Origin: Dehalococcoidia bacterium
Lineage (GTDB): Bacteria > Chloroflexota > Dehalococcoidia > Lucifugimonadales > GCA-002694895
DNA length: 64,000 nucleotides
Assembly (NCBI GenBank): GCA_029936815.1
Contig: JAPYRX010000001.1
Coordinates: 4,256-68,255, forward strand
Reading direction: 5' to 3'
Part shown: positions 49,981 to 60,415 of the stretch, piece after piece
Position numbering within the stretch: the first letter of the stretch is position 1
Layout of the letters: each line of letters begins with the position of its first letter
The notes under the pieces: model-generated
What the model saw: only the letters and a program-made list of their open reading frames with translations
Databases searched by the model: none
What the model was told of the DNA's origin: nothing
Position numbers and translations under genes: made by a program

Positions 49981-51978
49981 ATGGATCCAGTTGAAAGAAT
50001 AAAATATTTAAAAAAAATAATAAATAAAAATAGTTATTTATATTATATAAAACAAAATCCTGTTATCACTGACAGTGAATATGATATTTATTTTAGAGAG
50101 TTGATAAATCTTGAAAGCTCTTATCCCTATCTTAAAGAAATTGATTCTCCAACAAATCGTATTGGAGCCGTTCCTTCTGATGAATTCAATACTGTGAAAC
50201 ATATTAACCCTATGCTGAGTTTAAGTGATTGTTTTTCAGAAGAAGAATTTTACAAATGGTATGACAGAAATGCAAAAATAATCAATGAAAAAAATTTTGA
50301 AATGATATCAGAATTGAAAATTGACGGACTTGCAATTTCTTTACTATATGAAAATAGTGTATTGAAAACTGCCTCAACAAGAGGAGATGGAACTATAGGA
50401 GAGGATGTATCCTCAAATGCACGAACAATCAATTCTATACCTTTGGTTCTAAATCATGATATTCAAGGAACAATTGAAGTTAGAGGAGAAGTATTCATTT
50501 CAATATCCGAATTCCAAAAATTAAATCACGAAAGAGAAAAAAATAATACCCAAAAATATTCTAATCCTAGAAATTGTGCCGCAGGATCGTTAAGGCAATT
50601 AGATCCAAGTATAACTAAATCTCGAAATTTAGATACTTTTATTTATAATATTGGATACTCAGATAATAATTCCATAATTCCCCGAACTCAATCTGGTCGT
50701 CTAGCATTTCTATCCAAATTAGGTTTCAAAACTAATGAGCATCACCATGTCACTAATTCTCCAAAAAAAACAATTGAAATATATAATGATTACAAGGTAA
50801 AGATTAAAGAATTAAATTATCTTTGTGATGGAATAGTCGTCAAAATTAATAATATGGATTACCAAGATGAAATTGGGGAATTATCTAGAACACCTAGATG
50901 GGCGATAGCTTTTAAATATCCAGGGAACAAAGCATTAACACAAATAGAAAAAATTGAAATAAATATAGGTAGAACAGGGACAATTAATCCAATAGCAACA
51001 CTAAAACCTATTGAAATCGATGGAGTAATCATCAGAAATGCAACACTACATAATGAAAATTATATAAATAAATTGGATTTAATGATTGGAGATTGGGTAA
51101 ATATTGAGCGAGCAGGAGATGTTATCCCTAAAGTAATATCAGTTGATAAAAACAAAAGAGACGGGAGTGAATACAAATTTAAATTCCCCATAAATTGCCC
51201 GTCTTGTCTAGATCCAATAAAAAAAGATTCTTCTGACGCTATGTACTATTGCGTCAATACAACCTGTAGTTCAAAAACTATCCGATCATTAGAATACTTT
51301 GCTAGTAAAAATGCAATGGATATAGAAGGATTAGGACCTTCTATAATTGAAAAATTAGTATCAAAATCGTTTGTTGTCAATTTTGCAGATATATACAAAT
51401 TAACTCAAGAAGATCTTCTGCAAGTTGATGGGTTTAAAGAGAAAAGTGCGAATAATTTAATTGCTTCAATACATAAAAGTAAATCTAAACCTGCGTCTAA
51501 ATTACTTGTTTCTTTAGGTATAAAACATATAGGCGTTGAAATATCAGAATTATTATTAAAGAAATACAAATCCATTACGAATCTAGCAGATATATCGTAT
51601 AGAGAATTATTAGAAATACCTCAAATTGGACCACAAATAGCATCTAGTATTGTGGAATACTTTACTAAGATATCAAATATCAATCTACTTAAGGAATTGA
51701 TATTGCTAAAACTTAAAAACAACTATGAAGAACTCAATACATTATTCTCAGATAATATTACAAATAAAAATTTTGTGATCACAGGTAAATTAAATAAATT
51801 TAGTAGATCAGAGATTAAAAGCACTATTTTAAAATACGGAGGATATAGCTCAGAAAACGTAACTAATAACACAGACTTTTTAATCATAGGTGAAAGTCCG
51901 GGATCAAAAATAGAAAAAGCAAAAAAATTAAAGGTTAATATTATAAACGAAATTCAATTTTTGAATTTTTTAAAATAA
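49981..51978 (+). CDS. ligA: NAD-dependent DNA ligase
   Basis: The adenylation site ELKIDGLA, VRGEVF, a Cys4 zinc finger and a C-terminal BRCT domain (FVITGKL). Confidence 0.96.
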   Translation: MDPVERIKYLKKIINKNSYLYYIKQNPVITDSEYDIYFRELINLESSYPYLKEIDSPTNRIGAVPSDEFNTVKHINPMLSLSDCFSEEEFYKWYDRNAKIINEKNFEMISELKIDGLAISLLYENSVLKTASTRGDGTIGEDVSSNARTINSIPLVLNHDIQGTIEVRGEVFISISEFQKLNHEREKNNTQKYSNPRNCAAGSLRQLDPSITKSRNLDTFIYNIGYSDNNSIIPRTQSGRLAFLSKLGFKTNEHHHVTNSPKKTIEIYNDYKVKIKELNYLCDGIVVKINNMDYQDEIGELSRTPRWAIAFKYPGNKALTQIEKIEINIGRTGTINPIATLKPIEIDGVIIRNATLHNENYINKLDLMIGDWVNIERAGDVIPKVISVDKNKRDGSEYKFKFPINCPSCLDPIKKDSSDAMYYCVNTTCSSKTIRSLEYFASKNAMDIEGLGPSIIEKLVSKSFVVNFADIYKLTQEDLLQVDGFKEKSANNLIASIHKSKSKPASKLLVSLGIKHIGVEISELLLKKYKSITNLADISYRELLEIPQIGPQIASSIVEYFTKISNINLLKELILLKLKNNYEELNTLFSDNITNKNFVITGKLNKFSRSEIKSTILKYGGYSSENVTNNTDFLIIGESPGSKIEKAKKLKVNIINEIQFLNFLK

Positions 51979-51987
51979 AGGAAAATC

Positions 51988-52764
51988 ATGAATCTAGGAA
52001 TTAAAAATAAAACAGCTTTAGTCACAGGTAGCTCTAGGGGTATAGGGAAGTCATGCGCAATTTCTTTGTCAAAAGAAGGAGCAAATGTTGTTATATGCGG
52101 TAGAGATAAAAAAACTTTAACAGAATCTTTAAGTGAGTTGAAAAATATAAATGAAAACACTAAAGGGATTGTATGTGATATTACTGATGAAAATGGGCTC
52201 AGCAATGTTGTATCAGAAATTAATGACAAACTTGGAAACATAGATATTTTAGTTAACAATGTTGGAGGATCTGTCAAGAAAGAGGGTATTGAGGGAACAG
52301 ATATAAGTGATATGAATAAAGCTTTCGATTTAAACCTAACTCCAACTATCAAGCTTATGCAACTTGTAATTCCTAATATGAAATCTCAAAGATGGGGAAG
52401 AATAATAAATATATCCTCTGTATACGGAAGAGAATTAGGTGGAAATTTATCTTATATGACTGCAAAAGCTGCATTAAATAGCATTACCAAGCATTCAGCA
52501 ATTGACCTTGCAAAACATGGAATTTTGATAAATGCAGTTGCCCCGGGGCCAGTTTCTCATCCTGGAGGAAGTTGGGAAAAATTTCAAAATCAAAATAGCA
52601 GTGAAGTAGTTCAAAATTTTATTGATGAAAATCTACCCATAGGCAAGTTTGGATGGCCTGAACCCATAGGAGATTTAGTTACATTTTTAGCATCTGAAAA
52701 TTCTGGATTTCTTACTGGTACATGTATAAACGTAGATGGGGGATGGAGCCGATCTATAAATTAA
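51988..52764 (+). CDS. SDR-family oxidoreductase (FabG-like)
   Basis: TGSSRGIGKS, NNVG and YMTAKAAL (Y-x3-K) motifs. Confidence 0.85.
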   Translation: MNLGIKNKTALVTGSSRGIGKSCAISLSKEGANVVICGRDKKTLTESLSELKNINENTKGIVCDITDENGLSNVVSEINDKLGNIDILVNNVGGSVKKEGIEGTDISDMNKAFDLNLTPTIKLMQLVIPNMKSQRWGRIINISSVYGRELGGNLSYMTAKAALNSITKHSAIDLAKHGILINAVAPGPVSHPGGSWEKFQNQNSSEVVQNFIDENLPIGKFGWPEPIGDLVTFLASENSGFLTGTCINVDGGWSRSIN

Positions 52765-52874
52765 ATCATCATTATTCTATATACTTCATTTCCTGATAAA
52801 TATAATTAAATATCATATTGCTTTTTCCCCTCAGATTGATCATAATTTTAAATACTTATTCATAGAATATTTTT

Positions 52875-53924
52875 ATGGTAAACAAAGAATCCAAGAAGAA
52901 GAAAATAAAAAGCAAAGCAAATCAAGAAACAATTCTGTCTGTCAAAGATTTACAAACTCATTTTGAGACAAAATGGGGACTGATAAAAGCTGTAGATGGA
53001 GTAAGTTTTGATTTAAAAAAAGGTGAAACTTTAGCTGTAGTAGGCGAGTCTGGATCAGGCAAATCAGTAACTTCTCTTTCTATAATGCAACTCGTACCAT
53101 CTCCGCCTGGACATATAGTAGGTGGAGAAATTAATTTTGAATCTGAAAATCTTTTAAAGAAATCTGATAGAGAAATGCAATCCATAAGAGGATCTAAAAT
53201 CGCAATGATACTTCAAGACCCAATGACTGCTTTGAATCCTGTTTTTAAAATATCTGATCAAGTTGGAGAAACGCTAAATATACATAAAAAACTCAAAGGG
53301 AAAAAATTATATAACTCTATTATAGAAATGTTAAAAAAAGTTAATATCCCTGATCCAGAAGAAAGAATGAAAGATTATCCTCACCAATTAAGCGGAGGAA
53401 TGAGACAAAGAGTTGTTGGAGCAATCGGGGTATCTTGCAGCCCCACTATTCTAATAGCAGACGAACCTACAACATCACTAGATGCTACTATTCAGGCTCA
53501 GTATCTTAGGTTATTAAAAGATCTGCAAGACGAATTTGGAATGGCTATATTATTTATTACACATGATTTTGGAATAGTTGCAAAAATGTGTGATAGAGTT
53601 GCAGTTATGTACGCAGGAAGAATTGTAGAAATTGGTGAAGTTAGAGAAATATTTAATAACCCAAGACATCCTTATACACAGGGATTGATCAAATCTGTAC
53701 CAAGCATGGATGAAGATATCGACCGATTATATTCAATCCCAGGACAACCCCCTGCCTTGTGGGATGTTCCAGACGGATGTAGGTTTTCTCCTAGAAAAGA
53801 AACTTCTTGTTGTGACGAGTGTGTAAATAACAAATATGAAATGGTAGAAGTTGAAGATGGTCATTGGGTAGACGGGTGCAAATGTTGTCAAAATATATGC
53901 AGTTCTCAAAAATCAAAAAAATAA
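52875..53924 (+). CDS. Peptide/nickel-type ABC transporter ATP-binding protein (OppD/DppD-like) with a Cys-rich tail
   Basis: Walker A GESGSGKS, signature LSGGMRQR, Walker B LIADEPTTSLD, and the oligopeptide C-terminal domain HPYTQGL. Confidence 0.9.
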   Translation: MVNKESKKKKIKSKANQETILSVKDLQTHFETKWGLIKAVDGVSFDLKKGETLAVVGESGSGKSVTSLSIMQLVPSPPGHIVGGEINFESENLLKKSDREMQSIRGSKIAMILQDPMTALNPVFKISDQVGETLNIHKKLKGKKLYNSIIEMLKKVNIPDPEERMKDYPHQLSGGMRQRVVGAIGVSCSPTILIADEPTTSLDATIQAQYLRLLKDLQDEFGMAILFITHDFGIVAKMCDRVAVMYAGRIVEIGEVREIFNNPRHPYTQGLIKSVPSMDEDIDRLYSIPGQPPALWDVPDGCRFSPRKETSCCDECVNNKYEMVEVEDGHWVDGCKCCQNICSSQKSKK

Positions 53925-53950
53925 ATTATATTAATTGGGGAAAACAATAA

Positions 53951-54934
53951 TTGAATAATTTAATTGAGTTAAAAAATATAAAAAAAATATTCCAGGTTGG
54001 TGGTGGATTTATGGGGACAGGATCTAAAGATCTAACTGCGGTAAATAATCTCTCCTTTGCAATAGAAGAAGGGCAAACATATGGGCTCGTAGGAGAATCT
54101 GGTTGTGGAAAAACAACCACAGCTAAAATGATATTAATGTTAGAAGAACCTACTGAAGGATCTATAATTTTTAATGAAAAAGATCTTTTTCAAACATCTA
54201 AAACTGATCAAGCATATAAACAAGAATACAAATCATCAGTGCAAGCTGTTTTCCAAGATCCATGGGCATCTCTTAATCCTAGAATGCGTGTAAAAGATAT
54301 CATAGGAGAGCCCCTAGAAATAAATTCAAACATGACTAAAAAGCAAATAAAAACTCGAGTAGACGAATTATTAGTAGAAGTTGGGTTGCAAGCCTATCAA
54401 TCAAATTTATATCCTCATGAATTCAGTGGTGGACAAAGACAAAGGCTAGGTGTAGCAAGAGCTTTGTCTTTAAACCCAAAACTTATAGTTTTAGACGAGC
54501 CAGTATCTGCTCTAGATGTCTCAATTAGAGCTCAAATAATGAATTTACTCGTAGATTTGCAAAAAGAATATAACCTAAGTTATCTTCTTATTGCACACCA
54601 TTTGGCAACTGTTAGATATATGTGCGATAAAATGGGTGTAATGTATCTTGGAAATTTAATGGAAGAAGCTGACGCTACAGAATTATTTGATAATCCTCAA
54701 CATAATTATACTAAAGCTTTAATGTCAGCCGCATTGCCGTCCCATCCCGATATCGTACGAGATGAAATTATTTTAGAAGGAGATGTTCCGAGTCCTATAA
54801 ACCCACCTCCAGGCTGCGTATTCCAACCCAGATGTTTAAATAAAGAAAAATGTAACTGTTCTAAAACACCACCTGAAATTGCATCTGTTAGTGCAAAACA
54901 CAAAGTAGCAGATTGTAAATGTTGCAGATCTTAA
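53951..54934 (+). CDS. Peptide/nickel-type ABC transporter ATP-binding protein (OppF/DppF-like) with a Cys-rich tail
   Basis: Walker A GESGCGKTT, signature FSGGQRQR and Walker B LDEPVSALD. The start codon is TTG. Confidence 0.9.
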   Translation: MNNLIELKNIKKIFQVGGGFMGTGSKDLTAVNNLSFAIEEGQTYGLVGESGCGKTTTAKMILMLEEPTEGSIIFNEKDLFQTSKTDQAYKQEYKSSVQAVFQDPWASLNPRMRVKDIIGEPLEINSNMTKKQIKTRVDELLVEVGLQAYQSNLYPHEFSGGQRQRLGVARALSLNPKLIVLDEPVSALDVSIRAQIMNLLVDLQKEYNLSYLLIAHHLATVRYMCDKMGVMYLGNLMEEADATELFDNPQHNYTKALMSAALPSHPDIVRDEIILEGDVPSPINPPPGCVFQPRCLNKEKCNCSKTPPEIASVSAKHKVADCKCCRS

Positions 54935-55872
54935 ATATTTGTAAGAACTGTTTTAACAATATTGTCTGAATTTAGCCCATATTTATTTACTAATTCTTCT
55001 GTAGTCCCAGATTCAGCATAATCTTGCATAGATATACTTAATACTTTACTTGGATTGTTCTGAGATAAATATTGAGACACTAAACTATGCAATCCTCCAT
55101 ACTTAAAATGCTCTTCTGCAGTAAGAATAAAACCTGAATCCTTAGAACATTTTAATACTATGCTTTCATCTAATGGTCTTAAAGAATACATGTTAACGAC
55201 TCTCGCCTTTATTCCATGTTTTTCTTTTAAGATTTTGGCAGCTTCAATTGCATGATAAACCATATATCCATAACATAAAATTGACACATCATTTCCTTCT
55301 TCATACATAATATTAGAACCACCATGTTCCAATTTTATATCGGATTTATTAATAATAGGAATAGCTGGCCTGGAAAGCCTAATATAAAACGGCCCATTTG
55401 TATTAATCGCTAATTCAACAGCAGCTTGAGCTTCATAAGCGTCAGATGGAACCAGAATAGAAAAAGCATTTAAAGATAAAAACAAAGACAAATCTTCTAA
55501 GCTCTGAGCAGATATGCCATCTTCACCTGTAATTAATCCAGCATGCGTTAAAATAACTTTCACATTAAGATTAGGTTGAGAAACTCCAACTCTTAATTGA
55601 TCCATTGGTCTAGTAGATCCAAATACAGCAAAAGTGCTAACTATAGGGATTTTACCTGAAGCAGCAAGCCCTGCTGCTATATTGACCATGTTTTGTTCGG
55701 CGATACCAACATCAAAAAATCTTTCCGGATACTTATCAGCAAACATATTGGTAAATGTCGATTTATTCAAGTCTGCGCCAACTACGCATAAATCAGAATT
55801 AGTACCTCCTAATTCTAGTATTTTTTTCCCTGCATATTCTCTTGTTGAACCTGTATTCATAATATTTACCAT
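54931..55872 (-). CDS. Transketolase, C-terminal (pyrimidine-binding) subunit
   Basis: FFDVGIAEQNMV and STFAVF motifs, 313 aa. It overlaps the N-terminal subunit gene by 1 nt. Confidence 0.9.
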   Translation of the reverse strand: MVNIMNTGSTREYAGKKILELGGTNSDLCVVGADLNKSTFTNMFADKYPERFFDVGIAEQNMVNIAAGLAASGKIPIVSTFAVFGSTRPMDQLRVGVSQPNLNVKVILTHAGLITGEDGISAQSLEDLSLFLSLNAFSILVPSDAYEAQAAVELAINTNGPFYIRLSRPAIPIINKSDIKLEHGGSNIMYEEGNDVSILCYGYMVYHAIEAAKILKEKHGIKARVVNMYSLRPLDESIVLKCSKDSGFILTAEEHFKYGGLHSLVSQYLSQNNPSKVLSISMQDYAESGTTEELVNKYGLNSDNIVKTVLTNI

Positions 55873-56687
55873 TAATTACTTTGAATAATTTCTTCAATTG
55901 CCTGTTTTAATTGCTCTGGATTAGCAGCTTTTCCATGAAAATCAGGATTGTTTTCCATAAAACTAACTCCTTTACCTTTTGTAGTATCAGCAATTATAAC
56001 TTTAGGAATTTGATTATGATAATCAAGAGAGTTAAATGTTTTCTGTAACTCTGTAATATTATGTCCATCTACTTCATAACAATCCCATCCAAATGATTCC
56101 CATTTATCTGGTAACGGACTCATATCCATTGCTTCATGCGTAAAACGATCATTTTGTATTCCATTTTTATCTACAATTGCAACTAAATTACCAAGTTCAA
56201 ATTTTTTAGCAGACATAATAGCTTCCCATACTTGTCCTTCGTTAAGCTCTCCGTCACCTAATAAAACAAATGTTTTATATTGTTTATCATTTATTTTTGC
56301 TGCTAATGAAACACCGATTCCAAAGGATAATCCCTGTCCTAATGATCCTCCTGACATTTCAACTCCAGGGGTTTTGATATGAGCATGGCCTTGCAATCTT
56401 GAATTTAATTTTCTAAAAGTCATTAACTCAGATTTTGGAAAGAATCCAGTCTCTGCTAATACTGCGTATAAAACAGGACAAGCATGAGCTTTGCTTAATA
56501 TAAATCTATCTCTATCAGCCCATTTAGGATCACCAGGTTCATAGTTCATAACTGAACCAAACAATACAGAAACAATATCAGCCGAGGAAAGAGATCCTCC
56601 TGGATGTCCACTATTAGCATTACTTGTCATTTTCAAAATATCAATACGTATATTTTTTGACAGATCTTTTAATTCGCTTACTTCCAC
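55872..56687 (-). CDS. Transketolase, N-terminal (TPP-binding) subunit
   Basis: SGHPGGSLS, LSKAHA and the TPP motif GDGELNEGQVWEA, 271 aa. Confidence 0.9.
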   Translation of the reverse strand: MEVSELKDLSKNIRIDILKMTSNANSGHPGGSLSSADIVSVLFGSVMNYEPGDPKWADRDRFILSKAHACPVLYAVLAETGFFPKSELMTFRKLNSRLQGHAHIKTPGVEMSGGSLGQGLSFGIGVSLAAKINDKQYKTFVLLGDGELNEGQVWEAIMSAKKFELGNLVAIVDKNGIQNDRFTHEAMDMSPLPDKWESFGWDCYEVDGHNITELQKTFNSLDYHNQIPKVIIADTTKGKGVSFMENNPDFHGKAANPEQLKQAIEEIIQSN

Positions 56688-56795
56688 TCTTTATCTCATA
56701 ATATTTTATATAGCGAAATAATTATAATTTGGTTGATTTTATAAGTCTATCTTAAAAATAAGGATAAAATAAATTTACCTCTATCAAAAAAATAA

Positions 56796-56804
56796 TGTTA
56801 TAAT
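56796..56804 (+). promoter_or_regulatory. Candidate extended -10 element (TGTTATAAT) for the amidohydrolase gene
   Basis: TGnTATAAT lies 25 nt upstream of the ATG at 56829. An AGGAG ribosome-binding site sits at 56819-56823. Confidence 0.35.
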
Positions 56805-56828
56805 CTTTCTAATATTCTAGGAGATAAC

Positions 56829-58058
56829 ATGAATAAAATAATCAAAGGAAAATACTTAATTGATGGTAATGGTGGCAAGCCAAAAGAAAATGCTGCTGTA
56901 ATTATAGAAGACGGAATAATAAAAGATATTACCGATGGTAACAATCTGCCAAAAGATGGTTACCAAGTTTATGACTATCCTGAATCAACAATAATGCCAG
57001 GCCTAATAGAAGTTCACACACATATGCACGTTAGTCCTGAGCCAGGTAACTATGAAGCTGCCTTAAATGATTCTGATACCGTTCTAGCAATAAGAGCTAC
57101 TGACGCTGTAAGAAAAACCCTAATGAGCGGCGTAACTACTATGAGAGATATTGGTAGTAAAAACCATATCGCTTTCCCTGTAAGGGATGCTGTATCTGCA
57201 GGAATAATTCCAGGCCCAAGAATGCTTCTTGCTGGCCAAGTTATTACTACAACTGCAGGGCATTGTAATTATTTTGGAACAGAGGCAGATACTTTAGATG
57301 AAGCTGTAACTGCAGCTAGGGCAAATATAAAACTTGGAGCTGAATGGATAAAAATAATGTCTACTGGCGGAGGTTTTACTCCAAGATCAAATATGAGAGC
57401 TGCTCAATACCCATCAGAAACTTTAGCAGCAGTTGTAAGTGACGCTGAAAGACTTGGCGGTAGAGTTTGTTCTCATGCGCATGGCACAGTTGGTGTGGAA
57501 AATTGTGTCAAAGCAGGTATGCATAATATAATTCACTGTTCTTGGCTTGCTGAAGACCCTGACAAAGCATTTGATTACAAAGAAGACGTAGCGGATCAGA
57601 TAGCAGAAAAAGGGATTTATGTAGACGCAACAGTTGCAACCGGATATATGAGGACATTCAGAGACCCTGAATTTAACCCATCACAAGCACAAAGAATGGG
57701 ATTCAATGCAGAAGAAAGAGTAACAATTTTACAAGACATGAGAAAAAGAGGGGTTAAATTTGTCTCAGGTATTGATAGCGGTATGCTATACGTACGATTT
57801 GATGATATAGCTTACACTCCAGAGCGAATGGTAGAAGTAATAGGTATGGGCAATATGGAAGCTATAGTTGCTTGTACAAAAACTTCAGCTGAATGCCTTG
57901 GTGTAGAAAGCGAAACAGGAACATTAGATAAAAATAAATCAGCAGATATTATCGTTGTAAACGGAAATCCTGACGAAGATATTAAAACTCTCCATAATAT
58001 CAATACAGTTATGTTACGAGGAGAAATTGTTAAAGATAACAGTATAGAATTAGTATAA
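56829..58058 (+). CDS. Metal-dependent amidohydrolase-superfamily hydrolase
   Basis: GLIEVHTHMH (HxH), the KIMSTGG segment and a C-terminal GTLDKNKSADIIVV motif. Confidence 0.8.
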   Translation: MNKIIKGKYLIDGNGGKPKENAAVIIEDGIIKDITDGNNLPKDGYQVYDYPESTIMPGLIEVHTHMHVSPEPGNYEAALNDSDTVLAIRATDAVRKTLMSGVTTMRDIGSKNHIAFPVRDAVSAGIIPGPRMLLAGQVITTTAGHCNYFGTEADTLDEAVTAARANIKLGAEWIKIMSTGGGFTPRSNMRAAQYPSETLAAVVSDAERLGGRVCSHAHGTVGVENCVKAGMHNIIHCSWLAEDPDKAFDYKEDVADQIAEKGIYVDATVATGYMRTFRDPEFNPSQAQRMGFNAEERVTILQDMRKRGVKFVSGIDSGMLYVRFDDIAYTPERMVEVIGMGNMEAIVACTKTSAECLGVESETGTLDKNKSADIIVVNGNPDEDIKTLHNINTVMLRGEIVKDNSIELV

Positions 58059-58064
58059 TTATTT

Positions 58065-59021
58065 ATGATCAAAAATCATTTCACTGTTGTTTCATTTTAT
58101 GAATTTAAAAATATTAAGACAAAATATTTAAAATTCAAAGATGAAATAAACAAGACATGTATTGACTACAGTATTAGAGGTACAGTAATCCTTTCTAAAG
58201 AAGGTATTAATGGAACTCTATCAGGATTAGATAATTCTATAAATTCATTTCTTTTATTATTAAAAACCCTCGAGTTTAATAATTTGGATGTTAAGTATTC
58301 ATATTCTAAAACAATACCTTTCTACAAATTAAAAATTAAAATTAAAAGTGAAATAGTTCCATTTGGGAATAAGGTAAAAAACCCTGTTGATACAGGGAAA
58401 TTTATTGAACCAGAAGAATGGAATAAATTCGTTGAAGATCCTTCTGTTTTAGTACTTGATGTTAGAAATGCATACGAAACTAGAATCGGAAAATTTAAAA
58501 ATTCAACAGATCCTAAAACTACTAATTTCACAGAATTTGAGCAGTATATAGAAAGCAAACTACTAAATAAAAAAGATCAACCTATTGCTATGTATTGTAC
58601 TGGTGGAATCAGATGTGAAAAAGCATCGGCATATATGATTCAAAAAGGATTTAAGAATATTTTTCAACTAAAGGGTGGAATTTTAAAATACCTCGAAGAT
58701 ACAAATCCTGAAAATTCTTTATGGGAAAATGAATGTTTTGTATTTGATAACAGAGTATCAGTAAAACAAGATCTTTCTCCGGGGACATACGAATTATGTA
58801 AAGGATGTAAAAACCCAATTTCAAAAATTGAAAAAGCATCATTTAAATACGAAATTGGAGTTTCGTGCCTTAATTGTTTTGATGAAAGAACAGATAATCA
58901 AAAAAAGAATTCTAGAGAAAGACAAAAACAAATAGACTTACATCAACTCAAAGGTAAAGCATACCCTTTTGATAAACTTGATACATATCAGTACAAAAAG
59001 ATATATAAAAACAAAAAATAA
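58065..59021 (+). CDS. trhO: Rhodanese-domain tRNA uridine(34) hydroxylase TrhO (YceA/UPF0176)
   Basis: The YCTGGIRCEKAS active-site loop, VLDVRN and a C-terminal Cys cluster CKGC...CLNC. Confidence 0.85.
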   Translation: MIKNHFTVVSFYEFKNIKTKYLKFKDEINKTCIDYSIRGTVILSKEGINGTLSGLDNSINSFLLLLKTLEFNNLDVKYSYSKTIPFYKLKIKIKSEIVPFGNKVKNPVDTGKFIEPEEWNKFVEDPSVLVLDVRNAYETRIGKFKNSTDPKTTNFTEFEQYIESKLLNKKDQPIAMYCTGGIRCEKASAYMIQKGFKNIFQLKGGILKYLEDTNPENSLWENECFVFDNRVSVKQDLSPGTYELCKGCKNPISKIEKASFKYEIGVSCLNCFDERTDNQKKNSRERQKQIDLHQLKGKAYPFDKLDTYQYKKIYKNKK

Positions 59022-59051
59022 TTATTTTCCTATTTTTATAGGAAAATAATT
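59020..59051. terminator. Perfect 14-bp hairpin between convergent trhO and the membrane-protein gene
   Basis: AATTATTTTCCTAT-tttt-ATAGGAAAATAATT. On the minus strand it is followed by ATTTTTTGTTTTT. It overlaps both stop codons. Confidence 0.5.
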
Positions 59052-59498
59052 TTCATATAAAAATATAATAATAACCATAGAAATAGAAACTATATTTGAG
59101 TAAACAATTGAAGTCCAAACCGTAGTGTTTGCTACATCCTTCATCATGCCAAATTTAAGCCAATAATCTAATCCTTCATATTCTTCGATAGTACTATTAA
59201 ATGCAAAATAACAAGAAGCTATTGATGTAATTAACACTATTGAAATCGCAATAAATCTATATAAATTCCTATATTCGCTATATATCCACATAGTTAAAAA
59301 AGTCCCTAGTGATGCAAATAAACCAGGAAAATAAAACCAACTAAAAATCACTACATTCTTTGGCCAATATCCTAAAGATCCGCCAGTTATTGCATACGTA
59401 GATTGCACTATAAAAAAGCCTAGGAATCCAAAAAAAACTGATAGGCCTATTCCGCTGAGTACTCGAGTTAAAGATCCTAGATTAGACATAAAAAACAT
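59022..59498 (-). CDS. Hypothetical polytopic membrane protein
   Basis: 158 aa with 4-5 hydrophobic segments and no recognisable motif. It lies downstream of the permease genes on the same strand. Confidence 0.5.
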   Translation of the reverse strand: MFFMSNLGSLTRVLSGIGLSVFFGFLGFFIVQSTYAITGGSLGYWPKNVVIFSWFYFPGLFASLGTFLTMWIYSEYRNLYRFIAISIVLITSIASCYFAFNSTIEEYEGLDYWLKFGMMKDVANTTVWTSIVYSNIVSISMVIIIFLYENYFPIKIGK

Positions 59499-59515
59499 AT
59501 AAGTATCCTATTAAA

Positions 59516-60415
59516 TTACGAGCTTCTAGATAATTTTGGATCCAATGCATCCCTAAGGCCATCTCCAACTAAATTCATTGCCAATACATTAATAGTTAAA
59601 ACCAATCCTGGGAAAAATGCTATCCAAAAAGCTTGTTGCAAGTATTTCCTCCCAAGTGAAAGTATATTTCCCCAACTAGGATCTTCTGGCGGGATCCCTA
59701 ATCCTAAAAAGCTTAAAGAAGCTTCGGTTAATATTGCTAAAGCAAAAAAATAAGTCGCTTGAACTATAACCGGTGCCATAGTATTAGGAGCTATATGTAC
59801 AAATAATATTCTAGAAATCGGAGCTCCTATTCCTCTTGCCGCCTCTACATATTGTTGCTCTTTAACAGTAAGTACGGAAGATCTCACTACTCTAACCATT
59901 CTTGGAGTATCAACAATTGTTATTACAGCTATTACATTCCATACACTTCCTCCTAACATTGCTATCAAAGCTAAAGCCAATAATAGAGTCGGAAATGACA
60001 TTAATGCATCCATTATTCTTTGAACAATAATATCAATTTTTGGAGTATAGCCTGAGACCAATCCAATAAAAAGCCCGGAGAGTGTAACAAATACTGAAAC
60101 CATAAATCCAACAAGTAATGAAACTCTTCCACCATAAATTACTCTTGCATAAACATCTCTGCCTATATTGTCTGCTCCAAACCAATGCTTAGAGCCAGGC
60201 CCCATAAATCTATCGGTAGGATCAATAGCCACAGGGTCATGCGTAACTAGAAAATCTGCGAAAATTGTAAGTAATGAAAAACTAAATAAAATAACTAGTC
60301 CAATTATCATATTAGGGTTTTTTTTCATCATTCTAGAAAATTGTGTCCATACCCTATAAGCTGTACCTTTAGCCTGCCTTATTTCATTTGGATTATAGCC
60401 TCTACTAATAGTCAT
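59516..60415 (-). CDS. Peptide/nickel-type ABC transporter permease (OppC/DppC-like)
   Basis: GADNIGRDVYARVIYG and the EAA-type loop YVEAARGIGAPISRILF. Confidence 0.9.
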   Translation of the reverse strand: MTISRGYNPNEIRQAKGTAYRVWTQFSRMMKKNPNMIIGLVILFSFSLLTIFADFLVTHDPVAIDPTDRFMGPGSKHWFGADNIGRDVYARVIYGGRVSLLVGFMVSVFVTLSGLFIGLVSGYTPKIDIIVQRIMDALMSFPTLLLALALIAMLGGSVWNVIAVITIVDTPRMVRVVRSSVLTVKEQQYVEAARGIGAPISRILFVHIAPNTMAPVIVQATYFFALAILTEASLSFLGLGIPPEDPSWGNILSLGRKYLQQAFWIAFFPGLVLTINVLAMNLVGDGLRDALDPKLSRSS

